Shown here: one piece after another, positions 1 to 10,278 of the stretch
How the letters are laid out: the number at the start of each line of letters is the position of its first letter
Numbering within the stretch: the first letter of the stretch is position 1
Source: Verrucomicrobiota bacterium
Lineage (GTDB): Bacteria; Verrucomicrobiota; Verrucomicrobiia; Opitutales; Seribacteraceae
Direction of reading: 5' to 3'
NCBI GenBank assembly: GCA_027622665.1
Contig: JAQBYT010000001.1
Coordinates: 96,001-160,000 of the forward strand
DNA: 64,000 nucleotides
Translations under genes and position numbers: made by a program
The notes under the pieces: generated by a model
Told to the model about the DNA's origin: nothing
Database searches by the model: none
What the model saw: only the letters and a program-made list of their open reading frames with translations

Positions 1-2
1 AG

Positions 3-695
3 GAAATATTTCCAAAAAGTTTTTCACATCGAGAGGAAACTCATTTTGACGAAGAATCCCGAATTGTTGTATGCCGACGGATTAAAAAGTTTCGCGACCT
101 CGTTCTCTCGGAGGAAAAATCCGGGGAACCCACTTCCGAGGATGCTGCTCGCGTTCTTGCTGCGGAAGTCTTGTCAGGGCGTTTGCGGCTAAAGCATTGG
201 AATGCCAAATGCGATCGTTTTGTAGCGCGCATAAACTTTGCCGCGACCCAATGTCCTGAGCTTGAAATTAAGCCTATCGACGATGCCGCCCGTCGCCTGG
301 TGCTAGAGCAGTTTTGCCTCGGCGACAAAAGTTGGCGCTCTGTTCGCAACAAGGATGTATTTCCCTTTCTGTGCGAATGGTTATCACGCGAACAACGAAC
401 CGCGTTGGATCAACTTGTTCCGGAGGAGATCAATCTTCCCGCCAGGAAAAGCCCTGCTCGACTTCGCTTCGACGAGGATGGCGAAGTTACCCTCGCCGCC
501 ACCGTCCAAGACTTGTACGATCTCGACAACACGCCGACGATTGCCAGTGGAAACTATCTTTTGCGAGTAGAGGTACTGGCTCCCAATCGCAGACCCGTTC
601 AAGTGACTCGTGACCTTGCCGCCTTTTGGAAAGATTCTTATTCGACGATTAAGAATGAGCTTGCAGGTCGATACCCCAAGCACGAATGGCGCTGA
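3..695 (+). CDS. hrpB: ATP-dependent RNA helicase HrpB, C-terminal part (5' truncated by window)
   Basis: Frame open from base 3; ends with the HrpB C-terminal signature LAPNRRPVQVTRDLAAFWKDSY...LAGRYPKHEW. Confidence 0.9.
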   Translation, partial: EIFPKSFSHREETHFDEESRIVVCRRIKKFRDLVLSEEKSGEPTSEDAARVLAAEVLSGRLRLKHWNAKCDRFVARINFAATQCPELEIKPIDDAARRLVLEQFCLGDKSWRSVRNKDVFPFLCEWLSREQRTALDQLVPEEINLPARKSPARLRFDEDGEVTLAATVQDLYDLDNTPTIASGNYLLRVEVLAPNRRPVQVTRDLAAFWKDSYSTIKNELAGRYPKHEWR

Positions 696-1162
696 AATTC
701 CGCCTGGAGCGAACTCCTCTGCGACACTTGTTCGAGTCTATATACTGGCGGATTGGTGGTCTGTCTAACGATGCGAAACGAGCTGAAAGAGGTCGATACG
801 GAGAGTGGCTTTCTCGTAGATTCCTGAAGGGCAAAGGCTACTATGTTCTCGTCGCAAACTGGCGTAACCCCATGGACCGAAGAGATGAAATCGACCTGAT
901 CTGCAAAGATAAGGAGGTGCTGGTTTTCGTCGAGGTACGAGCTCGTTCGACCTCTTCTCTTGTTTCCGGTTACGATAGTCTTTCTCCTCGTAAGAGAAAA
1001 GTGCTTCTCAGGGTCTGCAAGGGTTATCTCAACCAACGGAAGCAAAGGCCGGATCACTTCCGTTTAGACGTAATTGAAGTCGATTTACCTTCTGGCGCCA
1101 AAGGCAAACCGGAAATTTTTCACCACGAAAACGTTGCGTTGTTCCCCCCTCGATTTCATTAG
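686..1162 (+). CDS. yraN: YraN/UPF0102 family endonuclease-like protein
   Basis: G..GE...L..KGY..L..NWR, EIDLI, LVFVEVRAR and RLDVIEV motifs. Confidence 0.88.
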   Translation: MALKFRLERTPLRHLFESIYWRIGGLSNDAKRAERGRYGEWLSRRFLKGKGYYVLVANWRNPMDRRDEIDLICKDKEVLVFVEVRARSTSSLVSGYDSLSPRKRKVLLRVCKGYLNQRKQRPDHFRLDVIEVDLPSGAKGKPEIFHHENVALFPPRFH

Positions 1163-1184
1163 ATAACTGTTAATCTTAAAATTT

Positions 1185-2729
1185 ATGTCACAAGAATTAT
1201 CTTCTACTCGACAAAGTCGGGATTCGAGTCGTAAGGCTCCACCGACTATTATTGTTATTTTCGGAGCATCGGGCGACCTCACAGCCCGTAAGCTTTTGCC
1301 CGGACTTTACAATCTTGGATTTGACGGTTTGCTCTCCGAGCATTTTCACCTTATCGGATATGGGCGAAGCGAACTGTCCGACGAAGCTTTTCGCCAGAGC
1401 ATGCGAGATGCCATTTGGAAGCACTCCCGCCGGCCTCTTAATGAAGAGATTTGGGGGCAAATATCCGGCAACCTCCACTACCATGCAGGCCCTTACGACG
1501 CACCGGATTCTTTCGACCGACTTAGCAAACGCATCGGTGCAATCGAAAGTTCGATCGGGACCGAAACGCAGTGCCTTTTTTATGTTTCGACTCCGCCAAA
1601 CGTTTTTAAGCCTATCTTGGAGAACCTTGGAAATTCAGGTTTGGCTCGTCGCCACAGGCGAACTCCTGCCTCCTCAAAGGTCGTAATCGAAAAACCATTT
1701 GGTCGTGATCTTTCTTCCGCGCAGGAACTTAATGCGATTATAAATCGAAGATTTGACGAGTCCCAAGTATACCGCATCGACCACTACCTTGGGAAGGAAA
1801 CCGTACAGAGTCTTCTCGTACAGCGCTTTGCAAACTCCATTTTTGAGCCGATATGGAATCGCCGTTACGTGTCTTGCGTTCAGGTCACTGTGGCGGAGAC
1901 CATAGGAATTGGGTCGCGAGGAGGCTATTATGACCGAAGTGGCGCATTAAGGGACATGGTCCAGAACCATGTCATGCAATTGCTTGCTCTTACTGCAATG
2001 GAACCGCCCTCTTCTCTCGACCCCGAAGCGATTAGAGACGAAAAAGTAAAGGCTCTCAGTGCGATTCGCCCACTCGATCTCGACGGAGATGATACCGATG
2101 TCGTTCGTGCACTCTACAAGGAAGGCTTGGTTGGAGGCGAGAAAGCGGTCGGCTACCTACAGGAAGAAGGTATCCCCGAAGATTCCTCTACCGAAACCTA
2201 CACGGCGATTCGTTTGTATCTTGATAATTGGCGATGGAAAGGCGTTCCGTTCTATCTCCGTTCGGGTAAGCGCATGTCGCGCAAAGCCAGCGAAATTACG
2301 GTTCAATTTAGTCGACCACCCGCAATCCTCTTTGGTGAGGGAGACCGTTTTGACATATCTCCTAATTCTCTAGTTATACGCATTCAACCGAACGAAGGCG
2401 TTACTCTCACCCTAAATTCGAAAAAACCCGGACTTGCGACTCGACTCCAACCAGTCGAACTTTCCTTTGGTTATGACACGACCTTCGGTTCTGATACACC
2501 GGAGGCTTACGAGCGTCTCATCCTCGATGCTATGAACGGAGACGGAACTCTCTTTATTCGAGGAGATGAAACGGAAACTTCTTGGAGTCTCCTCACGCCC
2601 GTGCTTGAGCACTGGGCTGAAAGCGGAACCAAAGGACTCCGCACCTATGCGGCGGGGACATGGGGACCACTCGATGCAGACAAACTACTCATCAGAAACG
2701 GTCATGAATGGCAAGTTTCCGGCACTTGA
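1185..2729 (+). CDS. zwf: Glucose-6-phosphate 1-dehydrogenase
   Basis: GASGDLTARKL, EKPFG, RIDHYLGKE, DMVQNH, RWKGVPFYLRSGK motifs. Confidence 0.97.
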   Translation: MSQELSSTRQSRDSSRKAPPTIIVIFGASGDLTARKLLPGLYNLGFDGLLSEHFHLIGYGRSELSDEAFRQSMRDAIWKHSRRPLNEEIWGQISGNLHYHAGPYDAPDSFDRLSKRIGAIESSIGTETQCLFYVSTPPNVFKPILENLGNSGLARRHRRTPASSKVVIEKPFGRDLSSAQELNAIINRRFDESQVYRIDHYLGKETVQSLLVQRFANSIFEPIWNRRYVSCVQVTVAETIGIGSRGGYYDRSGALRDMVQNHVMQLLALTAMEPPSSLDPEAIRDEKVKALSAIRPLDLDGDDTDVVRALYKEGLVGGEKAVGYLQEEGIPEDSSTETYTAIRLYLDNWRWKGVPFYLRSGKRMSRKASEITVQFSRPPAILFGEGDRFDISPNSLVIRIQPNEGVTLTLNSKKPGLATRLQPVELSFGYDTTFGSDTPEAYERLILDAMNGDGTLFIRGDETETSWSLLTPVLEHWAESGTKGLRTYAAGTWGPLDADKLLIRNGHEWQVSGT

Positions 2730-3088
2730 AAATGGGAATGTCCTAGCTAAGGTGCTCAAATCGGATGGTAACACATAAGAACGACAGGATCTGTGCAGTC
2801 CGTCGCAAAAAATCAGAGATGATATAACAAGTGACTACTCGATGAAACACCTAGAATCTGATCTCCTGAAAATTGTCCATGTTTCTGCATGGCAAGATTG
2901 TGAGATCAATTCCATTAGGTCAGAATGTTTGAAAAAGAAAGTATCCCCTCACCAAGCCGAACTGATAAGATATCGGAGAAATTTCTCATTGGTTCTTGAA
3001 AGAATTCGATCGATGCGTCAATTGAGGCAGTTGAAAACTCAACCTGCCAAGAACTAGCGGGGATAGTTCCCTTTTAAATTTAAAAATC

Positions 3089-4591
3089 ATGGACGATAAT
3101 CTTTCAGAAATTGGTCTCATAGGCTTGGCCGTCATGGGGCAAAACCTTGCCTTGAACATTGCGGATCACGGATTTCGCATCTCAGTTTACAACCGAACCT
3201 CATCCAAGACAAAAGCCTTCGTGGAAAGCAATCCGGATACTCCCGGAGGCCTTGTTGATTGCGAATCACTCGAGAAGTTGGTATCATCGATTCAGCGACC
3301 CAGAAAAATAATTCTTTTAGTGCAGGCGGGAGAAGCAACTGATGCGGTGATAAATTCTCTTCTGCCTCACTTGGACAAAGGAGACATTATCATTGATGGG
3401 GGCAATGCCAAGTGGACCGATACAATCCGTCGCGAAAAAGAGCTCAAGGGGAAAGGCTTTCATTTCATCGGTTCAGGAGTTAGCGGTGGTGAAGAGGGCG
3501 CTCGCTTCGGGCCATCTCTCATGCCGGGAGGCGATTTGGAGGCATGGGCGACACTCGAACCCATTTGGCAGTCAATCGCCGCAAAAGTTGATCCTGAGAA
3601 TGGAAAACCTCTTGAGGGCGCCGAACCCGGCAAACCGATTGAAGGCGGTTTCCCCTGCTCGGCCTATATTGGGCCAAACGGTGCCGGCCATTATGTTAAG
3701 ATGGTTCATAATGGCATAGAGTACGGAGACATGCAGATGATCTGCGAGGCCTATGACTTGATGCAACGCCTTCTCGATCTAACTCCGCTGGAAATGGGAG
3801 AAATCTTTGACGACTGGAATAAGGGATCACTTGATTCCTTTCTCATAGAGATTACGGCAGACATTCTCAAACAAGCAGACCCTCGCACTGGCAAACCTTT
3901 CGTCGATATCGTGCTGGATACTGCTGGTCAAAAAGGAACGGGGAAATGGACCTCTGTCAACGCCCTCGACATGGGCGTGCCCGCCCCAACTGTATCAGAA
4001 GCCGTGTTCGCTCGCTGCCTAAGCGCCGTAAAAGAGGAACGGGTGGCAGCCGAATCCGTGTTGTCGGGACCTGAGCACTCTTTCTCGGGAGACAAGGTGG
4101 AATTCGTCAAGGCCATTCGTGACGCACTCTATTGCTCAAAGATCTGCTCGTACGCCCAAGGTTTTCAGCTCATGCGCGAAGCTCAAAACGAATACGACTG
4201 GGAACTGAACTTCGGTGAAATTGCCCAAATTTGGCGAGGTGGATGTATCATACGGGCCGCCTTCCTGCAAAAAATCACCGAGGCCTACGAGCGAGATCCT
4301 TCTTTAGCTAATCTCCTGCTCGACCCCTACTTCCGCGATTCTATTGCCGCCGCTCAAGCCAATTGGCGGAAAGTCGTGGCCACCGCCGCCGAACATGGTG
4401 TGCCGATTCCCACTTTTGCCTCCGCACTAGCCTACTATGACGGCTACCGCTGTGCCCGACTTCCCCAAAACCTGCTTCAAGCGCAGCGAGATTATTTTGG
4501 CGCCCATACCTATGAACGTACGGATGAGGAACGAGGGAACTTCTTCCATATAGATTGGCCCGAGTCCGAACGCGTAGAGCTTGCCACTTAG
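3089..4591 (+). CDS. gnd: NADP-dependent 6-phosphogluconate dehydrogenase
   Basis: [55 protein letters not shown]. Confidence 0.97.
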   Translation: MDDNLSEIGLIGLAVMGQNLALNIADHGFRISVYNRTSSKTKAFVESNPDTPGGLVDCESLEKLVSSIQRPRKIILLVQAGEATDAVINSLLPHLDKGDIIIDGGNAKWTDTIRREKELKGKGFHFIGSGVSGGEEGARFGPSLMPGGDLEAWATLEPIWQSIAAKVDPENGKPLEGAEPGKPIEGGFPCSAYIGPNGAGHYVKMVHNGIEYGDMQMICEAYDLMQRLLDLTPLEMGEIFDDWNKGSLDSFLIEITADILKQADPRTGKPFVDIVLDTAGQKGTGKWTSVNALDMGVPAPTVSEAVFARCLSAVKEERVAAESVLSGPEHSFSGDKVEFVKAIRDALYCSKICSYAQGFQLMREAQNEYDWELNFGEIAQIWRGGCIIRAAFLQKITEAYERDPSLANLLLDPYFRDSIAAAQANWRKVVATAAEHGVPIPTFASALAYYDGYRCARLPQNLLQAQRDYFGAHTYERTDEERGNFFHIDWPESERVELAT

Positions 4592-4605
4592 ACTTTTGTC
4601 TAAGT
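4586..4605. terminator. Hairpin between convergent gnd and gmk (possible terminator)
   Basis: Perfect 8-bp inverted repeat ACTTAGAC-TTTT-GTCTAAGT overlapping the gnd stop codon; no strong U tract. Confidence 0.4.
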
Positions 4606-4624
4606 ATGGGGAAAGAGTTACCCC

Positions 4625-5221
4625 CTAGACTTTTGCCTCGAGGTAAATCTTCCGCACACACGAAAGATCGTGCCCCATCGATTCGCTGTTCACGCAGTAG
4701 TCGTATTCTCCATTTTGGGCTACTTCAGCTCTGGCCGTAGCCATACGGCGTTCGATTTCTTCTTCGGAGTCAGTACCCCGGCTAGTTAGTCGACGTTTCA
4801 ACTCTTCCAAGTTTTTAGGCATCAAAAAAATCGTCCGAAGTTTACCCGACAAGAACCGATCCGTCTCGCTCGCCTTTCGAAACGCTTCGAAACCTTGAAC
4901 ATCTACGTTCAACAGAAGATCAACGCCCATTTCCAATCGTTTTCTGATCTCGCTTTTCAATGTGCCATAACGTCGCCCATGCACCAATGCATGTTCGTAA
5001 AACTCACTTTCCGAAACCTTTCTTTCAAACTCTTCAATAGACAGAAAGTGATAATCCACTCCGTCTAGCTCTCCCTCTCGAGGGGCTCGCGTTGTAGCCG
5101 TAACCACTCGTTCTAGGCTGGGGCCGAATTCCGCCAACAAACTCTCGCAAACCGTAGTCTTACCAATTCCCGCTGGTCCGGAAACAAGAAGTACAATTCC
5201 GCACGAACCAATATCGTTCAT
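4625..5221 (-). CDS. gmk: Guanylate kinase
   Basis: SGPAGIGKTT P-loop, TTRAPREGELDGVDYHF, RLTSRGTDS. Confidence 0.95.
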   Translation of the reverse strand: MNDIGSCGIVLLVSGPAGIGKTTVCESLLAEFGPSLERVVTATTRAPREGELDGVDYHFLSIEEFERKVSESEFYEHALVHGRRYGTLKSEIRKRLEMGVDLLLNVDVQGFEAFRKASETDRFLSGKLRTIFLMPKNLEELKRRLTSRGTDSEEEIERRMATARAEVAQNGEYDYCVNSESMGHDLSCVRKIYLEAKV

Positions 5222-5760
5222 TAATATCCAAAAGCTATAGCGCCCAGTAACAAACCATAAGCCGCCATCGACACCCCAAGAATACGAAGGCGCGGGCTAG
5301 GGACATAGAGCCAGTTTAAGAAATCCCTTAACCGATAAGGCCAAGCGCCAAGGTAAAGGGCTATTGCAATCCCGACATATACGATAGAAACCATAAACAG
5401 TCGACTCTCGGGTTCTTGCATAAAAGCAGCATCCAAAGCTTCTCTCGAATAGAACAAAACTAAGATCGAAGCACCCCTAACGGCCAGAAAATCGGGAAGG
5501 AATTTAAAAGACATCACAAGCAACGCCACGGTAATAAAAGCGATCAACACCTTGTGCTCACCAAAATCCGATTCGCTAAGATGCAAAATGTGCCGGTACA
5601 AGAACCAAGCTGCTGCAATCGTCATCGTCGCAATCGCGGTGATCTTCGACCGTGGAAAACCCTTTACGATAGGTTCCGAAGTTGCTGGGTTCCAAACCAA
5701 GTAGGCACCTAATGCCAAAAGAATGCAGCCAGTGAACAAAGTATTAAAAAAGAGATCCAT
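5221..5760 (-). CDS. Hypothetical integral membrane protein
   Basis: 179 aa with about 5-6 hydrophobic segments; packed between miaB and gmk (1-bp overlap with gmk). Confidence 0.75.
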   Translation of the reverse strand: MDLFFNTLFTGCILLALGAYLVWNPATSEPIVKGFPRSKITAIATMTIAAAWFLYRHILHLSESDFGEHKVLIAFITVALLVMSFKFLPDFLAVRGASILVLFYSREALDAAFMQEPESRLFMVSIVYVGIAIALYLGAWPYRLRDFLNWLYVPSPRLRILGVSMAAYGLLLGAIAFGY

Positions 5761-5771
5761 AAATACAGTTT

Positions 5772-7157
5772 CTAATTAACGGAAGACAACTCTTCCAAAG
5801 TCTGTTCGGTTAGAACAGGAATACCATGCAGAACCGTTACGGTCGCTTCCTCAATCTTAACGTCAAGTAATTGGCCGACCATCCGTTTGCTTCCGGGGAA
5901 AATCACTTTGCAAAATCCTCGCGTACGACCGATGTACTTGCCCTCACCTTTGCGGGCCGGTCCTTCGACTAAAACTTGCTGAGAAGTACCGACCAATGAT
6001 TCGTTTCGCAATAGCGAGCTCTTTTCCAAAATACGAAGCAATCCCTGATTGCGGGCTTCCTTCGTGTCTCGAGGTATCTGGTCTGCCATGTCTGCAGCCT
6101 TCGTACCCGTACGGATGCTGTACTTGAAAATAAAGGCCATTTCGAATCCCACGTCTTCAAAAAGAGTCTTGGTTTGTTCAAAGTCATTCTCCGTTTCTCC
6201 GGGAAAACCGACAATAATGTCAGTGCTCAGGTGAATATCCGGCACTGATTCGCGCAAAGAATCGACAATGCGAAGAAATTTCTCTTTAGTGTATGGTCTG
6301 TTCATCGCTTTCAGAATGCGATTAGAACCACTTTGAACGGGCAGGTGTGCATATTCGCACAATTTGGGCAATTCACGGTAAGCATTCACCAAGTCCTTCC
6401 CATAGCCTACGGGATGTGGGGAGGTGAAACGAATGCGTTCCAAAGAGTTTACTTCGTGGATCGCCTCCAACAATTGAACAAAAGGACTTTTCCCTTTGGA
6501 ATAAGGTATTTGCCCGCGACCATAGGCATTCACAATCTGTCCAAGTAGAGTGACTTCACGCGTGCCAGTCGATACCAATTCCTCCACTTCTGCCACAATA
6601 TGCTCAATGGGACGATAGCGTTCTTCGCCACGTGTCTTTGGAACGATGCAGAATGCGCAGTTCATATTGCATCCCTGCATTATCGAAACAAAGGCTGAAA
6701 CCTTGAGCTGATCTGGCGTATGCTCACGGATTTCATTTTGCGAATCCTGCTCATCTCCCAAGTCAATGACTGTTTGCGGGGAAGGACCTAAACCCGTAAT
6801 TGTTGACGCCAGATTGTCGAGATGATCTGGAATGCGATGAATTTTTTGAGTTCCGACAATAAGGTCTAAATCCGGCAGTCGATCCAACAGATCTTCGCCA
6901 TGGTTTTGAGCCATACATCCCATAATCCCAAACACAAAGTTAGGGTTTTTCTTTTTACGAGAGGCGAGATAGCCGGCTTTGCCAATCGCTTTTTGTTCCG
7001 CCTGATCCCTAACGCTGCAAGTGTTTAGAAGAACAATGTCCGCAGTTTTTTCATCATAGACAATAGAATAACCGCGAGCTCGCAACTTGGAGGAAACAGC
7101 CTCCGAGTCACGCTCGTTCATCTGGCAACCATAAGTCTTGATGTAAACGCGATTCAT
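5772..7157 (-). CDS. miaB: tRNA i6A37 methylthiotransferase MiaB
   Basis: TYGCQMNERDSE, LNTCSVR, GCNMNCAFC radical SAM motif, HLPVQSGS, STDIIVGFPGET, C-terminal TRAM domain. Confidence 0.96.
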   Translation of the reverse strand: MNRVYIKTYGCQMNERDSEAVSSKLRARGYSIVYDEKTADIVLLNTCSVRDQAEQKAIGKAGYLASRKKKNPNFVFGIMGCMAQNHGEDLLDRLPDLDLIVGTQKIHRIPDHLDNLASTITGLGPSPQTVIDLGDEQDSQNEIREHTPDQLKVSAFVSIMQGCNMNCAFCIVPKTRGEERYRPIEHIVAEVEELVSTGTREVTLLGQIVNAYGRGQIPYSKGKSPFVQLLEAIHEVNSLERIRFTSPHPVGYGKDLVNAYRELPKLCEYAHLPVQSGSNRILKAMNRPYTKEKFLRIVDSLRESVPDIHLSTDIIVGFPGETENDFEQTKTLFEDVGFEMAFIFKYSIRTGTKAADMADQIPRDTKEARNQGLLRILEKSSLLRNESLVGTSQQVLVEGPARKGEGKYIGRTRGFCKVIFPGSKRMVGQLLDVKIEEATVTVLHGIPVLTEQTLEELSSVN

Positions 7158-7222
7158 TCGAGAGCAACGAAAGGGTCAAAAGGATAAGTCGACTGGTTAG
7201 ACGGTCAATCGCTAACATTATC

Positions 7223-8239
7223 TCACGACCATGTGCGAATCTTATCCTCCGGTACATAATTCAACAACTGTTGTGTCATGAAATCGTTTATCTCGAGCCT
7301 CTCGTCGCAGGTATGGGAAACCACACCATTCTTATGCTCGAAATCGCGATAAACCAATTCCTCGGTAGGTCTTGCCTGAGCCATTCTTCGAAAATAATCG
7401 CCGTTCATCCGAAAAGTTCCGACAGTAACGTCTCTTAACTGTTCCATTGGAAATTTGCAAAATATCTCGTTTATCAAATCTGAATATCCCTCTCGCCATC
7501 CCTCCACGGGGATAACCGGGTCAAAGCAAAGGCGGATACCCCAACCATGCGAAGCAGCCATCAAGGCGTCCTCAATACGCCTGCGTGTGACCGGGGCACC
7601 CTTTTCATAACTTTTCCCGACGGCGTGAGGAGACAAGGTCCAAGCCAAGAGTACGCGATCGTTAGGAGGTAAATCCTGAATTGCCGAAAAGTTTGCACTC
7701 TTTGTCCGGATTTCAATATCAAACCCGGAATGGTCTTCCAAAAAACGTATCCATTCTCGACAAACCCCTGATACCTTTTCGAAAGCCAGTAAATCGCAAT
7801 CATGTGATATGCTGAGTAATACTGGTTTCTGCTTATTTTCTCTTTTGGAAATAAAATCAGTTATAGAAGAGAAATAATCTTCTAGATTAACAAACTGAAC
7901 CAAGTTTGCAGAGGAGAACATACCCTGTAGGTAGCAATAAGAACAATCGTACAGACAATTTAGCATTAACGCAGTGTAGAAATAATCTACTTCATCTCCC
8001 TCCTGCACGAAGTGACTCCCGTCGTAAATGTAATCAGACTTTTTTTTAGCTAGAATCAGTTTTTGGCTTAGTTTCTGAGCTGCGAAACTCTGGTTTCTGC
8101 GATTAAAAACCTCTTTGTAGTTATTAATAAAGATTATTTCAGCACGGGGGAAACTTTCAATAATTCTAATAGTCGTAGGATAGTCCTTCGCACCGTGCTC
8201 AATATATATATGAGAGAATGGTTTATTGAGCCAATTCAC
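7223..8239 (-). CDS. Spore photoproduct lyase (SplB)-family radical SAM protein
   Basis: NCLYDCSYCYLQG CxxxCxxC motif, EIRTKS, LAWTLSP, E.GAP...RR, FDPVI segments typical of SPL-like proteins. Confidence 0.82.
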   Translation of the reverse strand: MNWLNKPFSHIYIEHGAKDYPTTIRIIESFPRAEIIFINNYKEVFNRRNQSFAAQKLSQKLILAKKKSDYIYDGSHFVQEGDEVDYFYTALMLNCLYDCSYCYLQGMFSSANLVQFVNLEDYFSSITDFISKRENKQKPVLLSISHDCDLLAFEKVSGVCREWIRFLEDHSGFDIEIRTKSANFSAIQDLPPNDRVLLAWTLSPHAVGKSYEKGAPVTRRRIEDALMAASHGWGIRLCFDPVIPVEGWREGYSDLINEIFCKFPMEQLRDVTVGTFRMNGDYFRRMAQARPTEELVYRDFEHKNGVVSHTCDERLEINDFMTQQLLNYVPEDKIRTWS

Positions 8240-9065
8240 GACAAAGGTTTCTAAATGCTATGTTACGATCAGTTTTGGAGGTTGGTTGCACCTGTTCGGA
8301 ATTGTCTATGATCAATCCAAAATCAGCACCACGTAAATGTGCGCCAATCGCTGTTCGGTTTAGTTTGTGAGCTTGTGTCTTCGTTAATCTCCAAGATTTT
8401 GATATCGCGTCGACGGATTCCTGGAAATTAGCAGGAATTTTTGGAGGAGAAATAATAACTGACCTACAAATGCGTTCTAAAAAAATAGAGATTTCAGAAA
8501 TCCTTAAATGAATTAAATCCTCAATCACTTTGATGCTTTGCTTTGAGACATTTAAATAATCTGAGACTATTTTTATGCAATGGATGGAATGGGGCGGTAG
8601 AAAATGGGCCGCTGCTTGAAAGAATCCCGCAGACTCCATATCCACTACCTCGGCTAGAGGATCGAAATTCATAACCTTTCGGTCCTGTACCGGCAAATCG
8701 TGGCATTGAATCGCTGATTCTTTCCACTGATGGGAAATCAAAGGGTCCGGAAAGAAATCTCGACCTGTGCACATCTCTCGAATCCGATTCACATAACGCA
8801 TTTCCCCGATTTCGTGTTTGGAATCCCCAGAACCACAGAGACCAAAGTTGAGAGCTGATTCATAATCACCGTTCAGGCAAAAGGCTTTTGTCGTAGAGAT
8901 GGCGGATGCAATTCTTCCAACGCCTGTAATAATCAAAGTAAACTTATCATTACGATATTCCCCATGAGAGTAAAACTTGAGATTTAAGGCAGAAGCAAGC
9001 GGCCGAGCTTCAACTGGCAACGCAGCAACCAACAATACGGGACGCTTTTTTTTAAATTCACTCAA
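8223..9065 (-). CDS. Nucleoside phosphorylase / MTA-SAH nucleosidase-like protein
   Basis: VAALPVEA, ITGVGRIASA, NFGLCGS, VDMESAGFFQAA, KIVSD motifs; probable TTG start at 9065 overlapping the upstream stop (TTGA). Confidence 0.8.
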   Translation of the reverse strand: MSEFKKKRPVLLVAALPVEARPLASALNLKFYSHGEYRNDKFTLIITGVGRIASAISTTKAFCLNGDYESALNFGLCGSGDSKHEIGEMRYVNRIREMCTGRDFFPDPLISHQWKESAIQCHDLPVQDRKVMNFDPLAEVVDMESAGFFQAAAHFLPPHSIHCIKIVSDYLNVSKQSIKVIEDLIHLRISEISIFLERICRSVIISPPKIPANFQESVDAISKSWRLTKTQAHKLNRTAIGAHLRGADFGLIIDNSEQVQPTSKTDRNIAFRNLCRELAQ

Positions 9066-9703
9066 GACACCCACTCCAGCAATTGATCCAATTCGTGAAT
9101 AATAGGGGAACCGGTTTGAGCTAGTTTTTTCTCTGAATGATGACCTTTCGAGAAAAGCAGGCAATCAATGCCCAAAGCTTGTGCGACTTCATAATCATGC
9201 AAAGTGTCTCCAACGAGCAAATACCTTTGATCCTTCAACACTGAAGTGTTCATAAAGCTTGTTGCTCGATCTATCTTTCCATCAGCGTAGATATTTGTAG
9301 TGCCGACGACGGCAAAAAAGAAATCATGTAGATTATGATGCCGAACAAAAGATTTCACATGATCTTCCTTACCCGCCGAAAGCAATGATTGATATACCCC
9401 AAGCGAGTCTATTGTTGAAACGACTTCCCTTGCGTATTTCTGCAGAGGGCATTCTTTCCAGTGAATATGATACTTTTCGATAAAATAAGATGAGATGTCA
9501 GTGAACTCTGCCCCTTTGTCTGGCAACCCAAGACTTTTGTAATATTCTCGGACGGGAAAATCAAATTGCTCTCGATACTCCTCTATCAAAAGTTCAGGCA
9601 ACCCTCTAGCCTCTAGGATTTCATTTACAATCGAGACGCATAATTCGGCATCGTCGATGATGGTTCCGTTCCAGTCCCAGATGATGTGAGAATACTTTTT
9701 TAT
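9062..9703 (-). CDS. HAD-superfamily hydrolase (phosphoglycolate phosphatase-like)
   Basis: Frame extends upstream of the ORF-track start and includes motif I IIWDWNGTIIDD; also LSA, K and VGDTLHDYEVA motifs; apparent ATA start. Confidence 0.85.
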   Translation of the reverse strand: MKKYSHIIWDWNGTIIDDAELCVSIVNEILEARGLPELLIEEYREQFDFPVREYYKSLGLPDKGAEFTDISSYFIEKYHIHWKECPLQKYAREVVSTIDSLGVYQSLLSAGKEDHVKSFVRHHNLHDFFFAVVGTTNIYADGKIDRATSFMNTSVLKDQRYLLVGDTLHDYEVAQALGIDCLLFSKGHHSEKKLAQTGSPIIHELDQLLEWVS

Positions 9704-9742
9704 AAGAAATTCGCTTTCGCCATTAAGAAAAACAAGCCTAGC

Positions 9743-10252
9743 TCAAAGCCTATGAAAGCTTTTGAATAATTGCGATGCATGCTTGTTGACCTTTTCCCAA
9801 CCGAGCAAGCTTTTCTTCCGAGTCGCACCCCAGTGGTATTCGCCCGTTTCACCGTTTGCTGGAAGTACGCGATGACAGGGAATGAGGATTGCCACAGGAT
9901 TTGCCCCAACTGCGGTTCCAACCGCCCTAGCCATACTCTTCCCTCCAAGTGACTCGGCAATTGTTCCGTAACTCACGGTCTGGCCCAAAGGCACCTGGAG
10001 CAAGGCATTCCAGACCATAAACTGAAATTCAGTTCCTCGCGGAAGCAAGGTGCTTCCCTTGCCCAATTGCTTTTCGTTAAAGGCACATTGCAAAGCTTTG
10101 GGAATGGCAATCGGAGTTCCAAAAAGGTTCTTTTCAATGAATTCTAGTTCCATCACAGCATTATGTTCACATGCAATCCGGACACATCCGGCGACTGTCT
10201 CTGCAAAAAAGATATCCATTGATAGGTAATAGACCTTGCCGTTTTTTTTCAC
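9743..10252 (-). CDS. ogt: Methylated-DNA--protein-cysteine methyltransferase
   Basis: GTEFQ..VW..L..VP.G.T.SY, ARAVGTAVGANPVAILIPCHRV active site; start may be ATG 10219. Confidence 0.93.
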   Translation of the reverse strand: MKKNGKVYYLSMDIFFAETVAGCVRIACEHNAVMELEFIEKNLFGTPIAIPKALQCAFNEKQLGKGSTLLPRGTEFQFMVWNALLQVPLGQTVSYGTIAESLGGKSMARAVGTAVGANPVAILIPCHRVLPANGETGEYHWGATRKKSLLGWEKVNKHASQLFKSFHRL

Positions 10253-10278
10253 AGATTCAACACAGTAAAGAAACGGAC

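Noticed and set aside
2842..3057. 71-aa ORF between zwf and gnd
   Set aside because: No SD, no recognisable motif and no similarity to Pgl that I can see.
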